NCBI GenBank assembly: GCA_964016885.1
Contig: OZ024744.1
Location: 115,196,001-115,260,000 of the forward strand
DNA length: 64,000 bases
From: Eledone cirrhosa
Lineage: Eukaryota
Reading direction: 5' to 3'
Position numbers and translations under genes: made by a program. Under the pieces are notes generated by a model. The model did no database searches and was not told the DNA's origin. It was given only the letters and a program-made list of their open reading frames with translations. Positions 13,511-27,282 of the stretch are shown here, piece by piece; position 1 is the first letter of the stretch; the number at the start of each line of letters is the position of its first letter.

Positions 13511-13770
13511 TTCTATAAAAGTTATTAGCCAAGAGCAAACCGTCCAATGCTAGTTGATAGCTTTTGTTAGCAGTGAAAATTGCTGTTCCAGAAGCATGGT
13601 GAGATAGAATTAGCATGGACAACATGTGGACAACATTTGGGGAATAATTGATTTGAGTAAATTCTGATACAGTTCCTTAGTGAGTGCCAATTTCTAAGAG
13701 CATACACACACACACACATATATATATATATGTATATATATATGTGTGTGTGTGTATATATAAATATATA

Positions 13771-14088
13771 TCATCATCTTTCATCATCATTTCATTTTAC
13801 GTCCACTTTTCCCTGCTTGCAAGGGTGGGACGGGAACTGATTCTGGCTTGATTTCTACTCATTTACAGTGAGTGCTGGGTGCTTTTTTGCTGTGACACCT
13901 ACACGACCACTTTGCAGTGGAATGATAGGGACCCCAGTCCCATTCATCTCATTTCTACAGCTGAGTAAACTGGAGCAATGTGAAATAAAGTGTCTTGCTC
14001 AAGGAAACAACACATCACCCGGTCTGAGAATTGAACTCACAACCTTTCGATTGCAAGGCCAATGCTCTAACCGCTAAGCCATGTGCCT
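13771..14088 (-). mobile_element. SINE family A copy
   Basis: Reverse complement of 4138-4473 with an internal deletion. Confidence 0.85.
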
Positions 14089-14089
14089 C

Positions 14090-14447
<358 letters not shown>

Positions 14448-14531
14448 TACAGGAGCTGGATATATCGATGTATTGACGGAGTGAAACACACCTCAACAAC
14501 ATGTGTATCTGTCTTTTCCACACCAATTCGG

Positions 14532-14586
14532 ACTGCCTGAAGAGGTCACAGTCAATAATGGCTCTCACCGAAATACATATACCAGT
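14532..14586 (+). ncRNA. Minimal hammerhead motif
   Basis: actgc-CTGAAGA-ggtcacagtca(ataa)tggctctcacc-GAAA-TACATA-TA-ccagt; helix I actg/cagt, helix II ggt..acc. Confidence 0.65.
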
Positions 14587-14596
14587 AAATCTATAA

Positions 14597-15492
14597 TCTA
14601 TATATATAAAACTGAGGATGTCTGTGTGTGTGAGTTTGAATCCCTAAAACTCAAGAACCACCCAACTGACTGTTTTCAACCTTTACACATGAAATACTTA
14701 TGTTTCAAATTTCAAAGAAATTTCACATTTTCAATGCCCTAGGGACCGCATTAGGCGATTTAGCGATCTCTCTCTATAATTCTTAGTCTATCTCTTTTTA
14801 GATAGATACATACATATAACGTCGTGCCCTTATAATATCTGTCTGTATGTCTGGCTGTCTGCATTATGTCACTTCCCTGAGGATGTCTGTTTCTATGTGT
14901 GTGTCTGTGAATTTGAATCCCTAACACTCGAGAAGTACCCAACCGATTTTTTTCAAACTTTACATGTGTATTCCTTAATTTCAGGGAGTGTTATGCGCAT
15001 AAAAAAATTTAACTTGATCTCCTAGGGCCCGCATTAGGTGAAAAACTGCGTTTTTTAAGCTTTTTAGGGGTTTTTTGAGGCGTTACGTCGGACCGATTTC
15101 CTTGAAATTGTAACTATGTATTAGTCAGTCTCTTCTTTATACCGTGAGCTAAGAAAATCCAACTTTTATGGCCTAGGGCCCGCATTAGGTTAAAAATTTC
15201 ATTTTTTCAGCTTTTTAGGGCTTTTGGGGTGCGTCATGTCGAGGCGATTTTCCCAAAATTTCAAGGCATATTGTGCACATAAACAAAACTCATTTTGTTG
15301 ACCCCCTAGGGCCTGCATTAGGTGAAAACCTGCATTTTTCCTTCTTCATCGAGGAAAATCTTTAAGATTATCCAGCCATCAGAGTATTCGGTTTATTTTC
15401 TTTACATATTGTCCAGGCATGCAGTTTTTCCACGATTAGGTCTGTTGGCAGCCCGCCTTCCAAAATACCTTATCCCGTGCAACCACTGCTAG
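14597..15492 (+). mobile_element. Non-autonomous Helitron-like element
   Basis: Starts TCTATATATATAAAA followed by GT-rich sequence and ends cccgtgcaac..ctgCTAG; internal repeats of cctagggcccgcattagg (x4) and ctgaggatgtctg..tttgaatccctaa (x2); no TIRs. Confidence 0.65.
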
Positions 15493-15710
15493 CTTATAAT
15501 AAACGAAGCCGAATTTTACATATTTGACTTACTTATTTTATATATATATATATATTATATATATATATAAATAAAATACATATATATATTGATTCTGAAA
15601 GGCTAAAATGAATCACTAGAACTGCTAAACCATGTTCCAGCCATCCATATATATCTTCCAGGTATCCCTCTATTTCCCAATTGTAACTGTTCCACTCACA
15701 CTATTATTAG

Positions 15711-15969
15711 TATTATTGTTGTATTTATCATTTCACTAGCCTTCACAACACATATTTATTTTTTTACCCTCGTTTTTTTCCATGCTGGCCAGTATGACTG
15801 TCTCTACGAAGTCATCTACTCCCTTCCTTTCTCTTATATTATTATTATTGTTGTATTTATCATTTCGCTGGCTCCCTTCACAACACATATTTATTCTTTA
15901 CCCTTGTCTTTACCATGCTGGTCAGTATGACTGTCTCTATCTGTCTCTACAAAGTCGTCTACTCCCTTC
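15711..15969. repeat. ~134-bp imperfect tandem duplication
   Basis: tattattgttgtatttatcatttc...ccatgctgg..agtatgactgtctcta..tctactcccttc occurs twice. Confidence 0.85.
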
Positions 15970-16439
15970 GAAATCCTAACATTTCGCCTTGTCTAATATA
16001 GGTACTCGATTCAGTTTATTTCGCCGAAATACCCTGAGATGCTATAGGCCATGATGGCTACCTATCTCACAATTTCCCTCCCGCCCACCTCCTCACACCA
16101 CCATAACCTATTCGACCAATCAAACCTCAGCATGCCCCCCCCCCCCATTACCAACCCCAACAAACTCTGCCATTACTACTACAACTACTACTACCTCTCT
16201 CCTCACCCGTCCCAGCCCCAACAAACCCTGCCATTATTACCACCACCACTGTTCTTCTAGCCCTGAATTCTCCTACCGTTATGTATATATGAGCTGAGAA
16301 TAAATGGAGCAACCCCGAATTAATAAATGAAAATGAATATGAATCCGCGAGCTACCAAGCACCCATGTGAAGCTTCAATTCAGAGACAGGAAGCATACAT
16401 ACACCCCTGAAAAAATTTAGCCTTTCCTACGAATGTTGA

Positions 16440-19400
16440 CAAATGCCCAAAACTCCGAGTTGGAACCATCAATGTAAGCATAATGAAAGGGAGAGCAGGA
16501 GAAATCGTAGAGATGCTAGAGCGAAAGGAAATTGATGTATGCTGTGTGCAAGAGACTAGATGGAGAGGAGAGTCTGTTAGAGTCCTTGTAGGCAAAAGGC
16601 AGTGCTACAAATTTTTCTGGGTTGGAAATGACGATTGGATCGGTGGTGTAGGTATCCTACTAGTTGACAAATGGGTAGATAAGGTGAACAGGGTAAATGC
16701 AAGAATCATTAAACTCAGACTAGTCCTGAATAAAACAATTACCACAATAATATCAGCTTATGCACCTCAATCAGGGTTGCCAGATGAACTTAAAGATAGG
16801 TTTTACGAGTCCCTAATGCACACTACTGCTCTAACAAATGACAATGACTTCCTAATCATTGCAGGAGATTTTAACGGACACGTAGGTAAACACCGTGATG
16901 GCTTCTATAGAGTCCATGGAGGCCATGGGGTTGGCAAAAGAAATGAAGAAGGCTTCAGGCGTCTAGAATTCTGTGACACCAATGACATGTCGATATGTAA
17001 CACAAACTTCAAAAAACCTGACAACCATCTGATCACCTATATATCAGGGGAACATTCTAGTCAGATAGATTTTATCCTCATCAGAGGACGTGACAGATGG
17101 ACAGTCGTAAACACAAAAGCCTTCCCTAGTGAGGAATGTACCTCCCAAAATAACTTAGTTGTCAGCGACCTCACGGTCAGAACTAGATGAACCTGGAAAC
17201 AGAAGCCAACCTGGAGAAGAAAGATCTGGAAGCTGAAAGACCCCTCAACCAGTAACATATTTAAAGATATTTTACTCAATGCCTATGACAGTAAAGAAGA
17301 ACAGATAGAGACATTCAATGTAGAAGAGCACTGGGAGTTCCTAAAAAAATAACTTACTAAAGGCGACGGATGAGATCTGTGGCTGGAGTAAGACCACAGG
17401 AAGAAGGAGAGTAACTTGGTGGTGGAACAATAAGGTAGATGAGGCAGTTAAGGACAAGAGACAGGCATGGAAAGGATGGGAGAACGGGGGAAGCAGGGTG
17501 CATTACATAGAGTCCAGGCGGGAAGCTAGGAGACAAGTATACTTAGCTAGAAGGAAAGTGGAGGATAGAAAATTCAAGCATGTTTTGCAATGTGAGGACC
17601 AGAAACAGGAGGTGTTCAGGTTTGCGAGGCAGTGTGTCAGAGAGAATTGTGTTGTGATTGGAAAGAAGTGTGTCCGGAATGATAAAGGTGAGCTTGCCCT
17701 CACAAGTGCTGAGAAGAAAGATGCGTGGAAGAACCATTATGAAAGATTACTAAATGAGGAGAATGCATGGGAAGAAGAGACCCTACCCCAAGTAGACTCT
17801 ATAGAGGGGCCAGCAGTACAAGTCAACAGCAGCGTAGTAAGTAAGTCAATCAAAGATATGAAGACGGAAGGCAACTGGTCTATCAGGTATAGCTGCCGAG
17901 ATGCTGAAGGCATCTGGATCAGTAGGTCACACTATAACCACACGTATTGTTAACCAGGTAATACTAGAAGGTGTCATACCAAAAGATTGGTGCAGTAGCA
18001 TCATTGTCAACTGCTACAAAGGTAAAGGTGATGCACTAGATAGAGGAAACTATAGAGGTATAAAGCTGATGGACCAGGTCATGAAAGTAACAGAAAGAGT
18101 TATAGCACAGTTGATTAGGGACCGGGTGAAACTAGATGAGATGCAATTTGGGTTTGTACCAGGAATTTAGCGTACAGGTCGGTGTCCACCAGGGCTCTGT
18201 TCTTAGCCCTCTCCTGTTCATCATAGTTCTGCAGGCAATAACAGAGGAGTTTAAGAACGGATGCCCATGGGAACTCCTGTATGCAGATGACTTCGCACTT
18301 ATAGCTGAATCTATGGTGGAACTAGAGAAGAAATTCCAAACTTGGAAAGAAATTGTCTCAAAGTCAACCTGACAAAGACTAAGGTCCTTGTAAGTAGACG
18401 AGAAAACAGAACCCAGATCCCCTCAGGGAAATGGCCTTGCTCAGTATGTAGGAAAGGCGTAGGTAGGAACTCCATTCTCTGCCCCAAATGCAAACAATGG
18501 GTACACAAGAGATGTAGCGGGATCTCAGGAAGCTTAACTAAGAATGTAGGCTTCACATGTAGCAGCTGTGCTGGGACAGCAAGCATAAACGGCCACAAGA
18601 AACAAGTACCACTAAACTCTGGGAGGGCTCTGTAGAAACAGTAGACAGTTTCTGCTACCTAGGTGACTGAATTAGCAGCGGAGGTGGGTGTTCAGAAAGT
18701 ACAATAACTAGGGTAAGAATGGGATGGAAGAGGTTCAGGGAGCTACTGCCATTGCTAGCTGCAAAAGGCTTTTCCCTTAAAATGAAAGGCAGACTATATG
18801 ATGCGTGTATACAAACAGCAATGTTACATGGTAGTGAAACCTGGGCGCTGTCTGTGGAAGACTTGCGTAGATTAGAAAGAAACGAAGCCTGCATGCTCCA
18901 ATGGATGTGTAATAGTAATATACGCGAACGGCAAAGCATAAACGAATTGAGAGAGAGGCTGAGCATAAGAGGAATCAAATGCTGTGTGCAGGAGCGGTTG
19001 CGTTAGTATGGACATATGATGCGTATGAAGGATGACAGCTACATAAAAAGGTGCAGAGCACTAGAAGTCAAGGGAAACCGCGGAGTGGGGAGACCTATGA
19101 AGACCTGGGATTAGGTGATAAAAGCCGACCTTACCCAATTACACCTCTCAAAGGCGATGACACACAACCGTGACCTCTGACGTCACGCAGTAATACAGAA
19201 GACCCGACCCCCCACGGGTACAAGCCGAAGCTGAAGCATATAGACAATATGCCGCCACACCCCCCAGTGCAAAGTGGTGGAGGTGCCATGGCAAAAAAAG
19301 CACCCAGCCCACGCCTGTAAAGTGGATGTGTAGGTGCCATGGAAAAAAGCAGCAAGCACTCACTGTAAATGAGGCTGGTGTTAGGAAGAGCATCCAGCTG

Positions 19401-19535
19401 TAGAAACCAAGTGATAATCAGTTTCCATATGAGCAAGCCATGGTCAGCCGACCGGACACTGCCCACAACAGGACAACCCGTCTAACCATGCTAGCGTAGA
19501 AGAACGGACGTAAAACGGTGATGATGATGATGACG
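16440..19535 (+). mobile_element. Near full-length but broken RTE family A LINE (APE, RT with PHD-like insert, 3' tail)
   Basis: APE ORF 16483-17190 (CCVQETRW, SAYAPQ, GDFNGH, SQIDFI); RT fragments (YKGKGD..NYRGIKL, GVHQGSVLSPLLF, LLYADD); stops, frameshifts and an internal deletion near 18165; (GAT)n tail. Confidence 0.95.
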
Positions 19536-19594
<59 letters not shown>

Positions 19595-19596
19595 TA

Positions 19597-20109
19597 TGGG
19601 TCACTCTTGAGTGTTACTGGTAACATGTAACGCAGTACAACGTGTCGCATGGTCGGGTCGTCGGCGACTAAACCGGCAACCCCACCAAGTTTACTTGGTG
19701 AGGAGGGTGATTTGGGACACCCTGCAGGACAAAAAACAAAACCTGACAAAGGGCGGAAGAACTAATAAGAATGAACGGCCATCCAAACGTGTGTAAATAT
19801 GTATATACACATGTACCACGCGGTTAAACCACTGGGAGTGAAGGACCCCTAGCCTTTGTCAGGGCATTCTTCTAGGAGAAGGCAACTCAGTAAACTGGGA
19901 TAACTCCGATATAAAACCAGCGGCTCAGTAGTTACCGATGATGTTGATCTTCTCTTCTTTTCGGCTTATAGCAACTGTCGCCCAAAGAGTGGGATTGGCT
20001 CAGTGCACAGTCTTTCCTCACTTATCTTCATGCACAGGCATTGCAAATAATTATGAATAATGGTATATCGTGCAATGGCTGCACTCGATAACGAGGGGGA
20101 AACCATCGT

Positions 20110-20110
<1 letters not shown>
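19597..20110 (+). mobile_element. GC-richer orphan repeat between microsatellites, resembling an RTE 5' UTR
   Basis: Hairpin caccaagt-tt-acttggtg and the motif ttctaggagaaggcaactc, recalled from RTE 5' UTRs; no ORF follows. Confidence 0.4.
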
Positions 20111-20646
<536 letters not shown>

Positions 20647-20690
20647 TGGACACTTCACAAGTGTTTTTTAGGCATCATATCATGTTACCT

Positions 20691-20761
20691 TATTTTATCT
20701 GATGAGAACGCAGCTATCGTCCCAGGATGATATTTGTTTTTGAAATGCGCATATTAAAATA
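20691..20761 (+). ncRNA. Minimal hammerhead motif with extended helix II
   Basis: tattttat-CTGATGA-gaacgcagctatcgtc(ccag)gatgatatttgttttt-GAAA-TGCGCA-TA-ttaaaata; palindromic ATGCGCAT, helix I tatttta/taaaata. Confidence 0.75.
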
Positions 20762-20837
20762 TATGGAACTTTTTTAACCATCTTTTAATTTCTTCTTATA
20801 CATGTATATATATATATACATATATGTACATATATAG

Positions 20838-21303
20838 TTACGGAGTAGGTAGACCCAGAAAAACCTGGGATGATCTGATAAATCCCTACCTCACACACTT
20901 ACACCTCTCTAAGACAATGTCTCTGGAACAAGATCTTTGGCGCTACGCAGTAATACAGAAGACCCGCCTTGCCTATGTACAAAGCGAAACCTACAGTCAG
21001 TAGGCACCTCTTAAACAAATATACACCCCAATCTACTACCCCTACCCTATCCTCCCACTCCCGCCAACAGCACGAGTTAATGAGATCGAGATCGTGTAGG
21101 TGTCACAACAAAAAGACACACACAGTCCACGCTGTAATGTGGGCGTGTAGGTAACACGGTAAAAAGTTCCCAGTTCACACTGTAAATGTGGTTGGTGTTA
21201 GGAAGGGCATCCAGCCGTAGAAAACCTGCCAGACAGTCCTAAATGAGCGAGACACGGTAGCGTGGAAAATGGACGTTAAACGAAGATGATGATGATGATG
21301 ATC
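20838..21303 (+). mobile_element. RTE family A 3' fragment
   Basis: Near-identical to 23172-23699 (GVGRPRKTWDDLI..., 3' tail, (GAT)n). Confidence 0.9.
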
Positions 21304-21495
21304 TATAATATATACATATATATATATATACATATATATACGTATATATATACATATATATACATATATATACGTATATATATACATACACATATATATA
21401 TATACATATATATATACGTATATATATACATATATATATATATATATAGATATATATATATACATATATATACATATATATATACATATATATGC

Positions 21496-21552
<57 letters not shown>

Positions 21553-21553
21553 A

Positions 21554-21602
<49 letters not shown>

Positions 21603-21613
21603 CATATATATAC

Positions 21614-21646
<33 letters not shown>

Positions 21647-21745
21647 CATATATGTATATATATAAAGATATATACATATATATATATACATATATATATA
21701 TATACATATATATACATACATATATATATATACATATATATATGT
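21304..21745. repeat. (TA)n/(TACA) microsatellite
   Basis: Direct reading. Confidence 0.97.
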
Positions 21746-23699
21746 ATTCCTGAAAGCAAACCTGCTGATGGCGGCAGATGAAGTCTGTGGCTGGAGCAGG
21801 CCTGTAGGCAGGAGGAGAGTAACATAGTGGTGGAACAGTAAGGTGGAGGAGTCAATTAAGGCCAAAAAGCAGGCTTGGAAAGTATGGCGGGATATGGGAA
21901 GTAGAGAAGACTATCAAGTGGCCAGGAGGGAAGCTAGGAGACAAGTGTACTTCGCAAGAAGGGAAGCAGAGGAAAGAAAGTTCAAGCATGTTCTACAACG
22001 CGAGCACCAAAAATGTGAGGTGTTCAGGATTGCTAGGCAATGTGTCAAGGAAAACCGTGATATTGTCGGGGAGAAGTGTGTCCTTAATGATGACGGTGTA
22101 CTTGCCATCACTGACGCTGATAAGAAGGTAGCTTGGAAGTGTCACTACGAAAGGCTACTAAATGAGGAGAATAAATGGGAGAAAGACAGTCTCCCCCACA
22201 TCGATCCAATAGAGGGACCAGCAGTGTTAGACGAAGGTAGTATAATAAGTAAGGCGATCAAAGATATGAAGACGGGTAAGGCGGCTGGGCCTTTGGAAAT
22301 AGTTGCTGAAATGCTGAAAGCTTCTGGAACAGTGGGCCACACCATGGTCACCCGGATAGTAAACCAAGAATGGGGTTGTTCTGAAGGACTGGCGTAGCAG
22401 CATCATCATTAACTGCTACAAGGGTAAAGGAGATGCCCTAGATAGGAGTAACTATAGAGGCATTAAATTAATCGACCAGGTCATGAAGGTCACAGAAAAA
22501 GTAATAGCGCAACTAATCTGAGAGAGAACTGATCTAGATGAAATGTAGTTCGGGTTTGTGTCAGGTAAAAGTACCACAGACACTCTTTTCATTGTACGAC
22601 AACTACAGGAGAAGTACCTAGCTAAAAGTAAACCCCTATACTTAGCTTTTGTCGACTTGGAGAAAGCCTTCGACAGAGTCCCCCGTTCCATTATCTGGTG
22701 GGCTCTTATAAAACTAGGTGTTGATGAATGGCTTGTGAGAGCTATACAAGCCATGTATAAAGAAACAGTCAGCAAGGTTAGAATTAACAACGAATATAGT
22801 GAAGAGTTTAGCGTAAAAGTTGGTGTTCATCAGGGCTCCGTTCTTAGCCCCCTACTATTTATTATTGCCCTTCAGGCTATAACAGTGGAGTTCAAGACCG
22901 GCTGCCCATGGGAACTCCTATACGCAGATGATCTAACGCTCATAGCTGAATTAATGGCCGAACTAGAGAAGAAATTCCAAACATGGAAGCATGGCCTAGA
23001 ATCACGTAATATACATGAATGGCAAAGCATAAACGAACTAAGGGAAACATTAGAAATAAGAGGGATCAAATGTTGTTTACTCAAGAGAAAACTACGTTGG
23101 TATGGTCACGTGATGCGCATGAAAGACGACAGCTGTATAAAAAAGTGCAGGGTAATAAAAATAGACGGTAGCCACGGAGTAGGCAGACCCAGAAAAACCT
23201 GGGATGACTTGATAAATTCCGACCACACACACTTACACCTCTCTAAGACAATGTCACTGGACCAAGATCTTTGGCGCTACACAGTAATACAGAAGACCCA
23301 CCTTACCTAAGTACAAAGTGAAACCTACTACAGTCAGTAGGCACCTCTAACAAAATACACCCCCCGTCCCACTACCCCCACCCCATCAACACCACCCCTT
23401 TCAATGTAAAGTTATGTTGGTACCACAACATCCAGGCCGAAACAAATGAGATCGTGTAGGTGTCACGACAAAAAAACACACAGTCCACGCTGTAATGTGG
23501 CTGTGTAGGTAACACGGTAAAAACCTCCCAGCCCCACACTGTAAATGTGGTTGGTGTTAGGAAGGGCATCCAGCCATAGAAAACCTGCCAGACAGTCCTA
23601 TGTGAGCAAGACAACCACTCTTGCCTCAAGTGGGAAAACTCCCGTCCAAACCCATGCAAGCGTGGAAGATGGACGTTAAACAATGATGATGATGATGAT
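21746..23699 (+). mobile_element. 5'-truncated RTE family A LINE with internal deletion
   Basis: ORFs 21843-22397 and 22558-23310 (FVDLEKAFDRVP, GVHQGSVLSPLLF, LLYADD, LRWYGHVMR); the PHD region is deleted near 23005. Confidence 0.95.
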
Positions 23700-23721
23700 A
23701 TGTATATATATATGTATGTAT

Positions 23722-23926
23722 CAGGGGCGAAGGGTGCGTGCATGCAACACATGCAGTGCATGCGTTATAGAATCTTGAGTTGATCAATTGCATCGGTTGA
23801 AGCAAGCAAAATTTTGGTTGCTTGATAAATCGTAGACACATAAAAAGATAACACACACACACAAGATAACACTAGATGCGGCTTTGACCGGAAGGGTCAT
23901 TTAGAGGGAATTACCCTTCGCTACTG
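23722..23926. mobile_element. ~205-bp MITE with 14-bp TIRs
   Basis: caggggcgaagggt ... acccttcgctactg (reverse complement cagtagcgaagggt, 12/14 match), inserted in a TA-repeat context. Confidence 0.65.
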
Positions 23927-24045
23927 ATATATATATATGTAATAATAAAATTGAAGACTAAAATCCAAAGAGGGCTCGATAAGGATAAATATATATCAAA
24001 TATATAAGAACCATAGAGCAAATATTTATTAAAATAACAGATTAA

Positions 24046-24096
24046 AGTTTAAGCAAAGAATCGCTGCTTTTACCCTTAACGGGATCTTCTGAAACT
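24046..24096 (-). ncRNA. Decayed hammerhead motif with a full helix III
   Basis: Minus strand: agttt-CAGAAGA-tccc(gttaa)gggt-AAAA-gca..tgc-TT-aaact. All three helices pair, but there are two core substitutions; AATAAA lies downstream. Confidence 0.4.
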
Positions 24097-24175
24097 AAAA
24101 AAGTCAATCTTTGAATGCAGAAGTGAATATTTCAAAAAACGTTGCAACCGAAGGAAGACAGGAAGACGATACTTT

Positions 24176-24455
24176 GGTTCGTGGAAACGTTCCCTGGCAA
24201 AGAACCGAAAAAAACGGAGATCATACGTCATTATTTGGAGGGGTGAAAACAATTACACGCAAAGACAAAACCACGTTTATGGTATAAAAGAAGTCGTAGA
24301 CTAATGTTCTATTAGGTGGTTCGTGGAGACGTTCTCTCGCAATGAACGGAAAAAACGAAGATAATACGTCATTATGTGGAGCGGTGAGAACAGTTGCACG
24401 CAAAGACAAAACCACGTAAATGGTATAACTGAAGTCGTAGACTAAAATTCTATTT
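24176..24455. repeat. ~142-bp tandem duplication
   Basis: ggttcgtgga.acgtt...cacgcaaagacaaaaccacgt...gaagtcgtagactaa occurs twice. Confidence 0.9.
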
Positions 24456-25123
24456 AGGAAACCGAATGATTCTCGGCTTCAGAGTAAAGAATAAAGTAAA
24501 TAAAATACAGAGGAAATCGAAATTAAATATATACATACACACATCCATATAGGTACAAACACAAGCATACATGAAAATACTCGCCATGGGTATACAAATA
24601 CAAGCACGTACACAAAAAGAAACAAACAAAAAACAAAAAACAAAAAAAAAACACACGCCCATATAGAACCCACGCAACGCCTGTACCTGCACACATACGA
24701 ATGTATACACCAAAAACACAAAATATATATAAAAAATAAATATATATATATGTGTGTGTGTATACATATAATTAAAAGAACATATATAAATACGTTTACA
24801 ACGCGTGCGCACACATACCTACATGTAAAACACGTATGTTCGCAGACGTACGTCAACCAAAACACATATACCAAATATGGAGGTGGCCACAACTTTAGCT
24901 AAGGGAGAAATTAACACATGAAACAGTGGTAAAAAGAAAGGACTGTTTCTTTCGTAGCAAATGAGAATATCCTGAGAGGTGAAGGGAGAAATTAACACAT
25001 GATACAGCGGTCACAGACGGTTAGTAAGGTGGACAGTGAGCGAATAACGTATTTGCTAGAAAAAGTAGTTAATACACTCCTGGGTTAACTCGACCATAGG
25101 GGAGTTTGGGACAACATAATAAT

Positions 25124-25310
25124 TGTTTCTACTTTTGGCACAAGGCCAGCAATTATCCCAGTGTATTACTGGTACTTTATTATATCGACCCCGTAAGGAT
25201 GAAAGGCAAAGTTAACCTCGGCGCGATTTGAACTCAGTCCGTAAAGGGACGTAACTGTACTGCAAAGCATGGCGTCCGACCCTCTACCGATACTGCCAAT
25301 CCACCGTACC
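25124..25310 (-). mobile_element. tRNA-derived SINE (family B) with 22-bp TSD
   Basis: Reverse complement of the 40340 copy; flanked by gagtt(t/a)gggacaacataataat at 25102-25123 and 25311-25332. Confidence 0.9.
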
Positions 25311-25625
25311 GAGTTAGGGACAACATAATAATGAAATACACACACATATTCATGTATATATGTGTGTGTAGTGTCCGCCTTAACAAGTTTTGCTCTATGA
25401 CGGAAAGAGCTAACATAATAAAAATAATTAAAATAACTCAATAGTCATACATACATATATATACACATACAAACATATATATATGTATGTATGTGTGTGT
25501 GTGTGTATATATATATGTATGTGTAATAGAGATGTCAACATGAATGGACCTGTTATTTTTATCTAAAGACATTTTTTTCAATTCCAACCCACCTATCCCT
25601 TCAATCTATCTTATTTCTCATTCTT

Positions 25626-25661
25626 TCTTCTGATAAAGGACTAGCGTCTGAAACCTTAAGA
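25626..25661 (+). ncRNA. Decayed minimal hammerhead motif
   Basis: tctt-CTGATAA-aggac(tagc)gtct-GAAA-cct-TA-aga; G8A substitution; lies after a pyrimidine-rich tract between TA repeats. Confidence 0.45.
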
Positions 25662-27282
25662 CCCTCTTCCTGCTATATCAAGCTTTAACCTAATATATAC
25701 CTTCCATATACTGTACTGATTGTGTTGTTATTTCTGTTTACCTTTTACACATATATATATATATATATATGTACATATATACATATATATGTACATATAT
25801 ATATGTATATGTATATACAATTGAATTGGATTCTAACTGTTGGCTGATTCTGTAATGTAGTAATTTCAAATATTTTTCCTGTCTGTAAGTCCATTTAGAA
25901 TTAAGTACTCCCGTTAGAAAAGAAGCTATTTATGCCTTTTGTTTTGTTTTTCCAGTATCTCCCAGGTTGGCTAAGTACCTATGTCTTCTGGAAGTCACCT
26001 TTTTCCACCCCCACTCACCACCATAGTTATTTGGGCCAATCAAAACTCAGTTGTTTTATAATAAGGCTTCTAATCTCTCGTGAGGCCCATACTTCTTAAA
26101 CCTAGACCTAGGTGTTCGCTACGATAAATGGATTACAGAGTTGGGGAATATGACCACTCATAATGACAAAGATGAATTCACCTCCCGTTTCAGGACGAGC
26201 ATGCAAACGCATTATATCAGATATGGAAGCCCAAGACTAACATAATTCTGTCTGCCACACCCCTCCCTGTGCCCCCATCCCATCCCTTCCTCCCCACCCA
26301 GCAAAACCTAAAACTTCAGAGTTGGTACCATAAACATAGGCACATTGAAAGGTCGCTGAAATGAGGTTGTAGAGATGCTTGAATGTAAGGAAGTTGATGT
26401 TTGTTGTGTTCAAGAGACCAGGTGGAGGGGTGGGTCAGCTAGATTCATTGTGGGCAGGAAACAATGCTATAAGCTTTTCTGGATGGGATGTGATAGCAGG
26501 CTGGGTAGTGTTGTAATTATGTTAGCAGAAAAATGGGTAGACAAGGTAATTGCCGTAGATAGAGTGAATGACAGGTTCATTAAAATAAAATTAGTACTAA
26601 ATAGGACAACTGTATCAATTATTTCTGCTTATGCACCCCAATCAGGATTACCAGACATTACTAAAGATAGGTGGGGGAACAGTAAGGTGGAGGTGTCCAT
26701 CAAGGGCAAAAAGCAGGCTTGGAAAGAATGGCAGGATGGGGGTAGTAGAGAACTCTATCGGGGAGCTAGGAGAGAAGCTAGACAACAAGTATACTTTGCA
26801 AAGAGGGAAGCAGAGGATAGTAAGTTCAAGCATATTCTACAACGGGAGGACCAAAGATGTGAGGTATTCAGGATTGCGAGGCAATGTGTCAAGGAGAACC
26901 GTGATATTGTCGGGGAGATCTGTGTCTGTTATGACGATGGTATACTTGCCCTCACTGACAGTGATAAGAAGGCAGCTTGGAAGTGTCACTATGAGAGACT
27001 ACTGAATGGAATAAAGATAGTCTTCCCCACATTGATCCAACAGAAGGACCAGCAGTGCAAATTAATGGTAATATAGTAAGTAAGGCAATCAAAGATATGA
27101 AGACAGGCAATGCGGCTGGGCCTTTGGGGATAGTTACTGAAATGTTGAAGGTATCTGGGATGGTGGGACATACTATGGTCACCCGGATAGTAAACCAAGT
27201 AATACAGAAAGGGGTCATACCAGATGACTGGCGTAACAGTATCATCATCAACTGTTACAAGGCCAAAGGAGACACCCTTGAT

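Noticed and set aside
12091-13625. CRISPR-like repeat/spacer appearance and multiple ORFs
   Set aside because: The 'spacers' are just variable-length dinucleotide runs in a eukaryotic context.
15590-15640. Additional hammerhead (CTGAAAGG...GAAC)
   Set aside because: The core is too degenerate and the helices do not pair convincingly.
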